Part shown: in pieces, positions 50,121 to 62,836 of the stretch
How positions within the stretch are numbered: the stretch's first letter is position 1
Layout of the letters: every line of letters begins with the position of its first letter
NCBI GenBank assembly: GCA_028534125.1
Contig: CM052817.1
Coordinates: 91,638,001 to 91,702,000 of the forward strand
Length of the DNA stretch: 64,000 nucleotides
DNA from: Lama glama
Lineage: Eukaryota
Direction of reading: 5' to 3'
Position numbers and translations under genes: made by a program
Notes under the pieces: generated by a model
Databases searched by the model: none
The model's input: only the letters and a program-made list of their open reading frames with translations
Told to the model about the DNA's origin: nothing

Positions 50121-50576
50121 ACAGGCCCCGTGGATGGGCATGTCTGTGTCCTGTGAACGCTGTGATGTGCGTGGGTGTTGGGTCGGTGGGAAGGATGTGT
50201 GTGGGAAATGGCCCACCAGTCGCCATGGGGACTGACTGCAGGCCCCGACTCGGCAGCACCCAGCCTGGCTGTTGCCCTCTCCTTTCAGGACATGGTATAT
50301 TCCCTGATGTGGGTGGGAATCATGCCCCTGTGTCAGGGGTGGAGAGAAAATAGAATCAGAGATGTGGGTTAGCAGTAGGATGGGGAAGGAAGAAAAAAGC
50401 AAATTCATTTATAGTCTGTGGAGAGCCAACCAAGGATTCCGGTGGGAAACAGGGCCAGGCAGAAGGCTCCACTTTCCTAAATAGAACTCTGTTTTGACAC
50501 TCTCGCTGCAGCTGTTCTCCCCCGCGCTTGTCTGTCTCGCCAAGCGCACGGATAAAAAGTAGGACTGTAGCCTCTC

Positions 50577-50596
50577 ACTGCGCCATCTGGTGGCGC
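50577..50596 (-). promoter_or_regulatory. Candidate CTCF site
   Basis: Minus strand reads GCGCCACCAGATGGCGCAGT, a near-consensus CTCF core, within a small CpG-retaining patch. Confidence 0.7.
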
Positions 50597-52196
50597 TCGG
50601 GGAGAGGTACAGTGGTTCTTGTGCACATGGCCTGGTCTCCCCCAAACGCCTTCTGTTCTTTTAACAGTAATCGAAGGGTGGATACACAGACTCTCGGGAA
50701 GAGTGGGGTAGTGGAGAGCACTGGACTGGAGTTAAAAGTGAACTCTGGCTTTGCCTAATTTGCCTAATCTTTGGCAAGTTAATGAATCTGTAGAAAATAA
50801 AGGTGACGAATACCAATAGGATTTTGGAAGGATTCATTGTGATAAACGTCCTCAGAACAGGAACGTGGTGCCTCAGGAAATGCATCATCCCTCCTTTTCT
50901 TCATTCCTCCTTGTCTTTTCCTGTCTTACATGGTTTTGTAAATAATCAAAAGTTAGTACTCCTGCAGTCACTGCCTTTTAAATTTTAGCAGCAGGGTTGG
51001 GGGACGGAGGTTTGGGAGAACCTGAGCCTGTGTGCTGGGAGAGCAGGAGGGAATGGGTCACAGGAGTCCCAGCGGGGGCTGGGATACTGGCAGGAATCAG
51101 AGCCGGTGTCCTCAGACCTGACCTTGACTTCTTGTTTCAGAAGAGGAGCCTGCCTACTGGTGATCAGGGACAGGAGCTGGTGGGCTCCCATCACCTCAGG
51201 CATCCAGGCACTGGTGATTATTCTGCAGTTTTTCTTTTTGAAATCTCCCCCAGGTCTAGGAATATTATAAGTCTGTGAACTAAAGCAACATTGACAAGAA
51301 GCTCCGTCAAAGGCACCAATTCTCTAAACGCGTAATGTGAAACAGGCTAATGTTACGCATATGTAGAACATTTGCAATTTGGGTTAAAAGTAAGACGAAG
51401 GAGAAAGAGGAGCGTTGCAGGCTGAATAAGGATGTCAACCTTACTTGAAGGTAACTAAAATATTTTCCCCACACATTAAAAACAAAAATAAGTAAATCCG
51501 ATGGTCTCTCTCCTGCCAGCCCTGAAAGATAGGCGTGTGTTTACATATGGTGGCTCTTATGGGAGCCATGTTCTTTCCTGGGGGCTACATCTGTCTTACC
51601 TAACACACTATCCTTCAAATACATGATTCAGTTGGACAAAGATGTTGACTAAAGACCTGGAAAATACTCATCACACAGGGAATAAGATTCAGGGACAGAC
51701 TCTGAGCCCTCTTGGAGCCCTGGAGCCTTAAGATCCATGACCTGGACCATCTTTGGTGCCCTGGGCTGCTACTTATTGCCATTGACACACAGGCACTTTG
51801 AAATGAACCTCCTCCTTTTACCCAATTCCTCTTTCAAGTCAATTGCACTAATGATTTAAATTAAAATCATTAATCTACCTGATTGCTCAAGTCAGAAGCC
51901 AGAAATGTGAGAATTTTAACTCCTGCCTTCCCTCCACCTTCCCCGTTTATCAGACATGTTAGTGCACTGTGCCCAGTGTTCCTGACCTCAGCTGTCTCCT
52001 GAGTCCTCAGCCACATGCTGTACCGTGGCTCTGCCATGGCTGACTGGCTCTCTGTGGGGTATCTGTAGTCTCCCATCTGAGGACCACTGGCCATACTCCT
52101 GGTGTCCCTGGCTTCAGTCTGAAGTGCCACACTGCAGGGTGTGGGGTGATGTTAGAGGGACCAAATGATGTAACCTGGAAGGTTGAGCCATTGACT

Positions 52197-52768
52197 TGTA
52201 ATGAGGGTGTTCCAATGACTGCTCGGATGTGACAAATCACCCCAAAGTTCAGGGGTTTAAAACAACCATTTAATTAGATTTGTGGATAATGTGGTCAGTA
52301 GGGTACAAAAGGGCTGGCGTGTCTGCTCCTCTGTGTCTGAGGCTACAGCTGGGAGACCCACGGCTACAAGTGACTACGCTCATGGGCTGGAATCATCTGA
52401 AAGTATATTCACTCGCAGGTCGGGCAGTTTTTGCTGGCAGTTGGCTGGACGTGTGGTTGGAGCTGTCGGGCGGAGTCCCCACACGTCGGCTGTCTGTGTG
52501 GCCTGGGCTTCTTCCCAGCATGGTGGCCTTAGAGTTGTCAACTCCTTCCAGGACAGCCAAGGGCTCCAAGCACAGGTGCTCCAGGGAGCAAGGCAGAAGC
52601 CGTGTGGCTTTTTGTGACCCAGCCTTGGAAGTCCTACAGCATCACTTCTGCTGTGTTCTCCTGGCTATGTTATTAAGGCCAGTCCAGATTCACAATAGAG
52701 GATGCAGTCCCCAGCCTCATTATGAGAGAAATGTCAAAAGAATTTGCAGACATGTTTTACAATGTCCC
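52197..52768 (-). mobile_element. MLT1 (older subfamily) LTR
   Basis: acaaatcaccccaaa…ttaaaacaaccattt…ggctggaatcatctgaa…cagcatggtggcc…catcacttctgc. Confidence 0.75.
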
Positions 52769-52799
52769 CAGGGGGAAACTTTGAACAGTGAGGAGGGGA

Positions 52800-53075
52800 G
52801 AGAGAAGATACATTCTCTTCCCCCTCTCTAGTGGACTCTTCTGAGGTGTGGTTATTCTGACAGCCCACCCACAGATACCCTGCGTGGCCGCAGGGGTGCC
52901 GGTTCAGTGACCATCTCTACCTCATCACAGCTCATCAGAAGCAGTGGTCTAGGTGGAAACACCCTGCTTCCCCGTCCCTCCCTCTTGCTGTCCTGGAATT
53001 GTGCCATCCAAATAAAGCACTGGCATTGAAGCCTTGCCTCTGGCTCTGCTGCTTTAGGGAGCATGAGCTAAGATA
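52800..53075 (+). mobile_element. ERVL-type LTR 3' part (LTR16/33-like)
   Basis: aataaagcactgg…ggctctgctgctttagggagc…gctaaga terminal motif. Confidence 0.45.
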
Positions 53076-53348
53076 CTTGTCTTGACTATTCTGTCACCCA
53101 ATTCCATTGATTTATTCTTTTAAGTATCTTTCTTATTCATTCACTTTTCTCCATCCACATGGACATTCCCCAAGGCCAGGTCACATCTCCTGCCACAATA
53201 TTCCATCCCAGCAGAGCCTTTTAGATCTACACTAGTGATTCTCCCCCATCGGCCCATGAGGAAGTCAGAGTGATCTTTTGGAAACAAATCTCACCACCAG
53301 ACTTTTCAGTCTAAAACCCTTTAGTGACTCCTCATCCCTTTTATAAAA

Positions 53349-53556
53349 CCAGGCTTCACCTCAGCACCGCTGACATCTTGAGCGAGATAACTCTTTGTTG
53401 TGGGGCTGTCCTGTGCGCTGCAGGGTGTTTGGCAGCATCCCTGGCTTCAGCTCACCAGATGCCAGTAGCAGCCCACTCCCCAGTTGTGACAAGTCCAAAT
53501 GTCCCTGGTAGGGGTACTGGGCAGGAGGCAAAATCGTCTTGGTTGCTAACCTCTGG
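53349..53556. mobile_element. MER20 hAT MITE (within L2 remnants)
   Basis: ctttgttgtggggctgtcctgtgcgctgcagggtgtttggcagcatccctggc…agatgccagtagca…ccagttgtgacaa. Confidence 0.9.
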
Positions 53557-53699
53557 TCTCATGTGATCACACTTGATGTGGCCCCGAATAGTGGCCACCC
53601 TCTCCCGGGTCTTTATGTCACAGCCACGCTGGGCTGCTCTCAGCATCCTCGGACCACGCCCCAGCCTTTCCCACTTCAGGCTTTTGACGGCTGTTCTCA

Positions 53700-54076
53700 G
53701 CTTAGAACATCCCCCTTTCTCCTGCCTGTCCACCCCCAACACACACACCAGCACACCATTCACCCACCTCACGCTTTATTATCAGTCCTCAGCTGAAACG
53801 TCACTTTTGTGAAGGCGCCTCTGGCCTCCCAGACCAGCTGAGTCCCCTGAGGCATGTTCCCATGGCAGCTGTGACTTCTCACTCACAGTGTCGTCACAGT
53901 GATCGTGAGCTATTTAGCCTCGGGGAAGCCCTGTTAACGCTTGTCCTCACACCTCTGTAAACTCCACCGGAGCAGGGCTGCTGTCATCCTGCTCAGCCCA
54001 GTGTCCCAGTACTTTGCACAGGACTTCGTGTGTGGCAGGTCTCAGTGCATTTGATAAAGAATGAATGAATGAATGG
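53700..54076 (-). mobile_element. L2 3' fragment
   Basis: ctgtaaactcca…gcaggg…gtgtcccagtac…ctcagtgcatttg…(GAAT)n terminus. Confidence 0.6.
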
Positions 54077-56504
54077 GCAGATACCACTTTTGTGTATTCT
54101 TGAGAATCTTCAGATCCCTTCCTTTCTTTGCTTTAGATTTCCCTCCGTCACTGAAGTGAGGCTGTCACTGCAGGCATGGGGGAAGTTTCCATTTGCTGAT
54201 GTTTTATCAACCAAACTGCCTGATCCTGAGAATTTTCCAGACTCCGTCCAGCTCTTTGACCTGCTCCTTTACAAAGAATTTATGTCAAATACTTGGCAGA
54301 GTACTTTTTAATTTTACTAAACTACTCTAGAAGCAGAGGTGCACTGAAGGATCAAATAAAAATCTGAGGTCTGATACTTGATTCCTCAAAATACTTACTG
54401 GAAAATGGAACTGATCTCCTCTCTTGGCTGTTTGCCCACCAAATGGGATTTCTGTTGTCTTTTTCATTGCTTGCTCCTGACTACCTTGTGTTGCCTCCAT
54501 CAGGGATGCCAAATTGGAAGTGTCGTGTCCTGTTTTGGGACCCTTTCTCAATGAAATGTAAGCCTCTAGGGCAGAGCCTTGTTTTTGAGTGGGTCAGGAC
54601 GAAGGGTTAAATCCTGGTAATTTTTACATTTAAGCACCTATAGTTTTTGCTCTTACCACAAGGCTCTTGCTGGAAATGGTCAATATGTTATTTCTGAAAA
54701 CCTGACATTTTTCAGGGCATTGTTTAGAGATGATTCTGTCGAACAGTTTCTGTTAACTGACTTGGTTCCAGTTTTGCTGATGTGCAGTCCAAGAGGCGTC
54801 TGGAAAGCTGGAGGAGGAAGCTACAACTAAGCCCTGAGGCCAGTTGGTCCTGAAAACTCCCAGCTTCCTTCCAAGGTTGGAAGTTCTGGTAACCCTGGGA
54901 TTTACTCCCCCTGGTGGTTTGACAAAATACAACTTCTGTTGACGGAAAGGACAAAGTTTGAGCAACAGCGACCAGCTCCGAATGTGCAGTTGTTCAGAAT
55001 CTCCTGATTGCCAATCAGGGTTGAAAAGAGATGATAAGCCTGTAGGTCCTCTGAGGAGAGGATGAGAAATGGAGGTGAGGGGCGCAGAAGGGCAGATGAA
55101 GCTGTTTTGTCTGGAATTCTGGTCCCAGAAACCTGCCAGAGACTGAAATTATGATAAAGCCCCCAAAATAAAGGTGAGAACCAAACATAATGTAAGTGAA
55201 AGCAGGAGGGATAAACGAAAAAAAAGGAAAAGAAAAGAGAAAACCAGGCACGCAATCTGTGAAATTCCTTATCCTCTTGCTAAGGTAGCAGAACAAAACA
55301 GTCCCAGGCCCTGAAGCCCGTGCTGACATTACACTAGGGTTTTCCTGTTTTGTTTTGTCACGTTTCTTCTTCTGCAGGGCCTGGCTGGGCCTGCGTGCGA
55401 TCTGATAGATGGGTGTCTTGTGAGTCAGGTTATGCCAGGTGGGGCTGCGGTGTAATTACAGTGGTTTAGCGTCAGCCCCCGTTGTGGGTGTAGCGCCACA
55501 TGTCAAAGCACGAGCTGCTTTTAGCTGTTTATATTCTGTGACATTTTGTGTCTTATCAAGAGTGGGAAGAGCTGCCCTTTCCTTTTGCCCTAACAAGCCC
55601 AGAGAGACAGGAGGGAAAGCCATGGTGCCTCCTTTTTCCTTAAGTGGCCCAATCACGCTGCACCCTCTTTGTGCTAGATTTCTTTCCTGCCTACAGAGGA
55701 TGCCTAATGAAGGCACTGGGCAACGCACGAGAGACAAACTAACGTTAAACCTTAAGGACAAGCCCGAGAAAATGCCACGTTTTAGTTCATACGAGGTAAG
55801 CTCTCCTCTTTGGGTGCACAGACATCTCAGCAAGTTCTCAGTGGCAGTAGTTGGCCCTGCTGGTATCACAAAATCCAAGAGATTTCTCAGTTACATTGGT
55901 ATTTATTTCAAAAAGGCCCTTGGTGATTCTAATGTGAGAATGGCCACGTCTGGATGGACATCAAAGCCAGTTAGCGGGCGAGTACCAGTGGACCTGATGT
56001 GGAATTAGCTGTCACAGGCTCCAGCCAGACTTCTCTCTGCTGGGATTTCGGGGCACCCCTTCTCCTCCACCTCAGTCTCAATCTTTCTCCTGTGTCTGCT
56101 TTCTCCTCCTTCCTCCACCCAGGCACCCCTGAAATCCCTCCTGTGGAAAACTCCCTACACTTCTCCTGGGCTGCACCCCGAGGCCCCTGGGACCCCATTC
56201 CTCCTACCCTCACCTTTTCCCTCCTGTTGCAGAACCCGTTCCTTCTCCTTCCTGGACCCCAGTGGCACTCACCTGGGCTTCCACCAGTTTGTTCCTTCCT
56301 TCCCCCACCCTCACCCCGAGAGGGTGTGCGATCTTTCTTCTCTTTGGGAGGCAGTGAGATGGAGTAATTAGACCAGTTCCCAAAGTTCTCTGGGTCTCAG
56401 TGTCCTTATCTGTAAAATGAGAATAACTCACAACCCCATAGCAGTGTTGTGTGAGCTGTGTGAGGCTGTGGCTGCTTAACCAACATGAAACTGATGTTCA
56501 ATAG

Positions 56505-56872
56505 TGGATCCTGGATGAGGCCTGGAAATCTGCGTGTTTACATCACCTCAGGTGACGGCAGTGCGTGGTGAGGACCATACTGAGAATCACTTGTTAAGGC
56601 AGGGGTTTTCCACCTTGGCTGAGCGCTAAAATCATCTGGGGAGCTTTTAAAAAATGCAGGTGCCCAGGATGAACCCGAGACCAGGTAAATCAGAGTTGCT
56701 GTGTTGGGGGAGAGCTAAGCACCAGTATTTTTAATGACCCCCAGGTGATTCCAATGTGCAGCAGAAGTTGAGAGCAAGGGCTTTGGGAACATTAGGACTG
56801 GGTTGTACTGATCTTGGGCAAGTCACTAACCTCTGAGTCTCAGTTTCTCCATCTGAAAAATGGGAATAAAAC
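56505..56872. mobile_element. MER5-type MITEs within MIR remnants
   Basis: aatcatctggggagcttttaaaaaatgcaggtgccc…ccaggtgattccaatgtgcagc; cttgggcaagtcactaacctctgagtctcagtttctccatctg. Confidence 0.7.
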
Positions 56873-57085
56873 ATGTGCTTCATTGCTGGTGAGGCAGGTA
56901 AGTTGAGACAGTTCTGTCCAGGGCCTGGCTCGCTCCTCCCCTTCTGTTGTGTGGAACTGGAAGCTGGTGGTGGGGGTAGACATCAGAGCCCCCGTCAGAC
57001 GGAGGCCTATCCACGGTGCCTCGGCCCTCAGAGTTCAGGGAGCTCCTGCCTCTTGCTGCTCTGGTCGTAGTAAGTTAATTTAAAA

Positions 57086-57214
57086 ATTTTTTTTTGTGGG
57101 GAGGGAGGTAATTAGGTTTCTTATTTATTTATTTTAATGGAGGTACTGGGGATTGAACCCAGGACCTCGTGCATGCTAGCTAAGCACACGTTCTTCCACT
57201 GAGCTACACCCCTC
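57086..57214 (-). mobile_element. tRNA-derived SINE (Vic-1-like)
   Basis: gggaggtaattaggttt…ggaggtactggggattgaacccaggacctcgtgcatgct…ccactgagctacacccctc. Confidence 0.9.
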
Positions 57215-57569
57215 AGCAAGTTTATGAATCCAGCTCTGAGCGTGGCCCATGGGGAGCCTGGCTTCCTTCCATGGGGCAGGGCAGGAAGTTTACTCCAACA
57301 ACCCAGTTTTAAAGCACTTCCTTCCAAATGCTATTCAGTTAAAAAAATGAGTAATAGTTAAACGAGACAGGCAAAAGAGTAGTGTTAATTCCTTTTGTGG
57401 TGGTTCAAGTGCCAATATGTGGCATAAACATCACTTATTAGTTAAAATTTCATTGAACATGCAGCCACCTGAGAACATGGCCACCATTTATAATACCATT
57501 TATAATATTACTTCTGTGAGAATATGTGTTTCAAGGTCCATTCAGCTTACAAATCCCCTTTTGGGATAT

Positions 57570-57654
57570 GAGTGTATGTGAGTGTGTGAGTATATGTGTG
57601 TGTTAGTGTGTGGGAGTGTTTGGGAGTGGGTGTGTGTGTGTGTGTGTGTGTGTG
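57570..57654. repeat. (GT)n-rich microsatellite
   Basis: Degenerate then perfect GT repeats. Confidence 0.9.
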
Positions 57655-59466
57655 AGGAGGGCTGTGTGTGCTGGGGGTTGTCAGTGAGGATTTCTGATTC
57701 CCCTCGCCAGATTCTGCTTTACTTTAGCCTCTCCCAAATCTTATGGAAACTTAAGACAACTCAAGTTCAGATCTTCTATTACTGTCCAAGGCCATTTGGA
57801 AGCCATTCAAGTGCTCTGTTTCCATTCTTCTGGGAAATCCTCGCAGTCTGGGCAACTATTAGGATGTTGTGCGACCATCCACTTCCTTGTCCTTCTCCAC
57901 AAATAGATCTTGTCTCCTCTGCGTCCACCAGGCCTGAGGTGGGTGGCGCAGCAGAGGGACCTCGTGGACCTCCTGCCACGTGCCAGGCTCTGTGCTGTTT
58001 GCCTCCCTCACATTATTTCGTTAAGTCATCAGAGGGACCCTGTATGATTATTTCCCTTTGAGAAAGCACATCCAAGGACGTTTAGCAACTTGCCCACAAG
58101 TACAGGGATGAAGCCTTGATCACCAGCTCGAAGCCTGTGCTCCCCTCACTACACTTCCCTGGGGACTGATCTTTCCTTTCCTTTCTGCTCTTTTAAGTCC
58201 CTGACTTTGAGCCTGCTTGGGACGTTCCTGGTGTTGGATGACAGGCAGCTTCTGTCTGAGGCTTGCTGCAACCGGTCTGTAGTCCCCTGCTCTGGGCCCT
58301 GCCCGTCCCAGGGCAAAGGTCTCCCCGATGGGGGAAGACGCCTTGGCCCTCTTTGGCTTGGTTTTCCACACCCAGGGTCACAGAGCAAGGTGCTCCAGCT
58401 TCTGAAGGGGAGAGAATATTCTGCAGGACCTCTGCGATCCCCTACACGTAGGTTGTAGTATATTCGATTCGCAACATGTAGGTTGAGGTACAATTTCAAG
58501 TTTGGTTTATCTGAGCTTTGTTTAAACACTTGCTGAGTTGTTCTGGTATTTTCAGTTGGTCAGGACTTACAGCAAGAGAACGCGATAAACACTAAGCACA
58601 CGGAGAGCCTTATACAGTCTAGTTTTCAGTCAGGTGTATTATGGTCCTTGATAACTGCGATCGCTCTGTTTCTGGGCATCCTTGGGAATGCGGTGGGTTT
58701 CCTGTCTCTCTCTGTGACAGGCCTGTTGGCAGCAGAGATAGCTGCTGAAGTGCCAGCGGAAACCAGGACAGTGAGCTGTAGTTTTTGGAGAGACAGGGAT
58801 AGAACATGAGGGTGAGGCCAGGGGATAACTGGGGTGGGGGTGGTGGGGAGAGGATGCAGTTGGTCTGAGAGAGAACATTTCTGTAGTTAAATAGATCATA
58901 TCTTTTCATCTATTAGCAAAATTATTCAGAAATAGTTACATTTAGAGTTTACATTTCATGACAACAGCTCTTTCACGTGGTTCGGGATTGTTTTTCTATT
59001 ACCACACTGTGGCCTCTCTGTTTTGCCTTGTCCAGAGTACAATTTTTGTAACAGTGATTAATAAGCGAAACTCCCAGAAACCCTTGTAGATTTCTTTGAG
59101 TTTATATAGGTAATATAAATATTTTAAAAAACACTTTAAAACCTTTACAACTTTAAAAACACTGCAACTCTCAATATGTTGTTTCTTCTCTTGTTTTTCT
59201 TTTCTTACCAAAATGTAAGGAATAGGACCCACACTAGAGGGATCTGTACATATTATATTACCTTCAGGGAAAATGTTTTTCACCTTCACCCATCCAAGGG
59301 AGGTGGAGAGAGAAGCTCTGGTTCCTGTTGGTTTGTTAAATGCTATGGCAGTGTTTCAACCGTGGGATCATCTGGAAGCTTTATCATCACAGAAGGTGAT
59401 AAATATTTCAAGATCCAAAGTTCGGCTGTTTCATACTTTCCTAGAGGCAGAAACTACACTGACTTT

Positions 59467-59814
59467 CTTTCTTATTTAATTGAAGTTTAGTTGATTTACA
59501 ATGTTGTATTAGTTTTTGGTGTACAGCCTTGTGATTCAGTTATACATACATATATTCTTTTATATTCTTTTTCATCATAGGTTATTACAAGATATTGAAT
59601 GCATTTCCCTGTGCTGAACAATAGGACCTTATTGTTTATCCATTCCATACACAATAGTTTGTATATGCTAATCCCAAATTCCTAATTTATCCCTCCCCAA
59701 CCCTTTCCCCTTTGGTAACCATAAGTCTGTCTGCCTTTCTCTTTCTTTCTTTCTTTCTTCTTTCTGCATAGTCGATTTACAATGTTGTTAATTTCTGTTG
59801 GACAGCATAGTGAT

Positions 59815-59871
<57 letters not shown>

Positions 59872-60066
59872 CTTTTCACATTTTTTTCATTATAGGCTAT
59901 AAGGTATTGAATATAGTTTCCTGTGCTATACAGTAGGACCTTGTTTATTTAAGTTTGTTTTCTATGTCTGTGAGTCTCCCTCTATTTTGTAAATAAGTTC
60001 ATTTGTACCATTGCTTTTTAGATTCCACATATAAGGGATATCATATGATATTTGTCTTTCTCTGTC
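59467..60066 (-). mobile_element. L1 3' end with a second L1 3' end nested at 59731-59949
   Basis: Outer TSD CACTGACTTT (59457-59466, 60067-60076); inner TSD taagt(c/t)tgt (59722-59730, 59950-59958). Inner copy contains a (TA)n at about 59820-59869. Confidence 0.85.
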
Positions 60067-60764
60067 CACTGACTTTTAAGACCTATGGAAGCAGATTACA
60101 CATGAATGCACGGGGTTTCAAAGCACTTGAGGTACTTTTTGTTGTATCAACCATCTCTTAGGACCAGGGATGGGGATCAACTGGGGTCAGCTGGGAGAAG
60201 TCAGTAGGGAATGTCAGGATTTTCCAGAAAGTGGGAGGAAGGGAAATCAACGGGAGCCAAAGAAGGTCATTCTGGAGTTGTTGTTTTTAACTCGTTCCCT
60301 AGTATGGATGTACCTGAGCTTTTCAGAACAGCAGCTGATAACACCCATAGGTTGTGGCCATCAGCCAGGACCCCTATTCCCTGACTCACCTCTTCCTTCT
60401 GCTATTTCTCTTTCTTGGAGCCATTGTCTTACTCAGAGAGCCTTTGCCTGTCCACAGGCCCAACCCAGACCTCTTCCTGGAGGCCTGTCATTTGGGGAAG
60501 TTATTTTAGTAGATGGTGATGTGGGTTCAGGGCGAGTGGCTTGCAGTTTAGAATCCTGCCATGTACTGAAGGTCAAAACCTTTCAATCAAATACATGAGA
60601 AATTTCGGGGCTGTCCTGGGCTTCTAGCATCTGTCTTCTTACAGAGTCTTAGTCTCCAATGGTTTCAAGAACAAATAAAAGCAGAGACAATGTGAAGAGA
60701 CCAGCAGGGCACTGGGAGCAGACTTGGTTTATAACTATTTGTAAAGTAATCTCTGATTCCCTAT

Positions 60765-61143
60765 TGTTAAAAACAATACAACAGGCCCTAAATGGAGTTG
60801 CTAAGGCTAAGCCCCATGTCAGCAAACCTGACTTAGCTTACAGTTTCTGCTCACCCAGAGACGGGATCTTAAACCAGGAATTGCTTGCTCAGCACCAGCT
60901 AAGTATCCTGCCTGATAGACCCCTGCCATTCTCTAAAGGAAAATAACCTTGCAATAACCCGTTCACTTTTTGCCAAGTGTAACTTCCTCGTTTCTGCTCC
61001 CTTCTGCCTGTAAAGTCTTTCGTTTTGTACAGCTCCTCAGAGGTCCTTTCTGTCTGCTGGATTGGATGCTACCCAAATTGTGAATCACTGAATAGATCCA
61101 TTAAGATGTTTAAAATGAACTCAGTTGGATTTTGTTTTTAACA
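60765..61143 (+). mobile_element. ERV1-type solo LTR
   Basis: Terminal inverted repeats TGTTAAAAACAA / TTGTTTTTAACA; 4-bp TSD ctat / ccat. Confidence 0.8.
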
Positions 61144-61907
61144 CCATATATGCGTGGTTCCTTGAATTCTGCTTTGAACTGGTTAAGATGTCATACTAGT
61201 TATCGTTAAAGAATTCAATCAAATCTTTAATATGGTTTCATTTTATATTTGTACAAGAGGCATGACTTTCACCTTTTAAAAAATATTTTTTAACATTATT
61301 ACATAATATGCTAAGTAGTTTTCTAGATACTTTATGGGTTTGTTTAACAAACACACAGAACACATTTTTAGATGCTGGGTGCTGTTTGAAGTGCTTTATA
61401 AATGTGAACTAGTTCAATCCTCATAACAGCCCTATTTCATTTAAAGTTCCCTTCAGCCTTCATTAGCCCATCCTATCAAACTTAGGTTCAACTCCTGTCC
61501 AAGGCTGTGTCATCCTTAAGGGTCTGGGCTGGGAGCCCCAGTCGGGTCTTGTGTGAGGCTGAGACACGCTGGTTTTCCCAGGGGCACTGGGGCTCCCTCT
61601 AAGTGAGCTGGGGGACCCCAATTTTGTTTTGCGGGAAGCTGAATCTTTAAAGGGCAAAACAATGAAGTTGACAGAGGGGAGGGGCCTGATGAATAGGTTC
61701 TGCAGAAGCAGCTCCCAGCTGTGGAAGGACAGCTCCACCTGGGTGGTGTGGGGCATTGCTCTGGCAAAGGAGGGGCGCTGGACCTGCGAGGAGATCACGT
61801 GTTCTGTGTTTGCTACTGGAGGTCAATAAAAAAATATTGGCCTACTTCTTTCCTCCAGGGCCCTCTTCCTTCTCAGAAAACATATGCTAGTTTGTTTTTT
61901 TAATTTT

Positions 61908-62160
61908 TGGTACAAGCTTCCAGTTATAAGATAAATCCTAGGGATGTTACGTACAGAATGATGACTAACAATAATGTATTGTTTATTTGAAAGTTGCTAA
62001 GAAAGTAGATCTTAAAAGTTCTCAGCACAAGAAAAAAATTGAAATTATATGAGGTGATGGATGTTAAACTTATGATTATTTTGCAATATGTACATATATC
62101 AAATCATGTTGTACATATAAAACTAATACTATATGTGAGTCACATCTCAATGAAAAAAAT
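61908..62160 (+). mobile_element. Old L1 3' UTR fragment
   Basis: tacaagcttccagttataagataa…ttgaaagttgctaagaaagtagatcttaaaagttctca…gaggtgatggatgttaa. Confidence 0.85.
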
Positions 62161-62479
62161 TTATGGTCACCACGATCATGGGAGAGCCAAGACAACAGTG
62201 GAGGCAGCATGGAACAGGGCTGAGGGCTCAGGTGGAATCCGTGGTACTTGGGTTCAAATCCTGGGTCTGCCATCTACTAGGGAATAAAGTTAGAATCAGT
62301 TTCAGTTAGCATGTAAATCTCAGTAGGATTAAATACACTCTTCCTTCTTTTCTCTTTTTTCCACGGGAAGTGAGAAAGGTCTCAGCCTGGCCTTGGAGCC
62401 AGGGAGGGGACCAAAGAGATCCAGGGATTAGAAGTGAAGGAGAGGAAATTGGTTTTGAATTGGCCGAGGAGATGGTTTA

Positions 62480-62778
62480 ACTGCAGGTGCTGCTGCTGGA
62501 GGGCTGATTTCCGCAGGTCGGAGCTCAGATAAGGGAGACTTGAAGCCAGATCACGAAGCCAGTCCCGGCCAGGTGCAGCTCTGTCACTGACAGCTCGACC
62601 CGCCTCCCTTCCTGGTTCTGGTTCCAGGGCAAAGGTCACTCAGCCGCTTGCGTCTCCATTTTTTTTTTTTCTTTCTCAGCTTTGTTAGCCTTGCAAGGAA
62701 GGTCAGCCTTGCCAAGTCTGTTACCGTCCCCTGGATTTCTGCAGATAGTTCCGTGAACCAGAACGTTCCACGTGAAAA
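62480..62778 (+). promoter_or_regulatory. MGST2: MGST2 proximal promoter / 5' UTR region
   Basis: CpG-retaining unique sequence directly upstream of the ATG. GC box CCCGCCTCCC 62599-62608, DR1 AGGGCAAAGGTCA 62626-62638, E-box CACGTG 62769-62774. No obvious TATA box. Confidence 0.75.
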
Positions 62779-62836
62779 ATGGCCGGGAATTCGATCTTGC
62801 TGGCTGCTCTCTCTGTCCTCTCTGCTTGTCAGCAAA
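62779..62836 (+). CDS. MGST2: First coding exon of microsomal glutathione S-transferase 2 (MAPEG family); gene continues beyond window
   Basis: ATG in good Kozak context (aaaATGG) encodes MAGNSILLAALSVLSACQQ, nearly identical to the human MGST2 N-terminus as I recall it (MAGNSILLAAVSILSACQQS). Similarity ends at a phase-1 donor AAA/GTAAGA at 62837. Confidence 0.95.

Noticed and set aside
52280..52831. 183-aa ORF
   Set aside because: Lies within an antisense MLT1 LTR, has a non-ATG start and no recognisable protein similarity.
55439..56008. 189-aa ORF with overlapping antisense ORF
   Set aside because: GTG start, no recognisable domain, consistent with a chance ORF. A blastp search would settle it.
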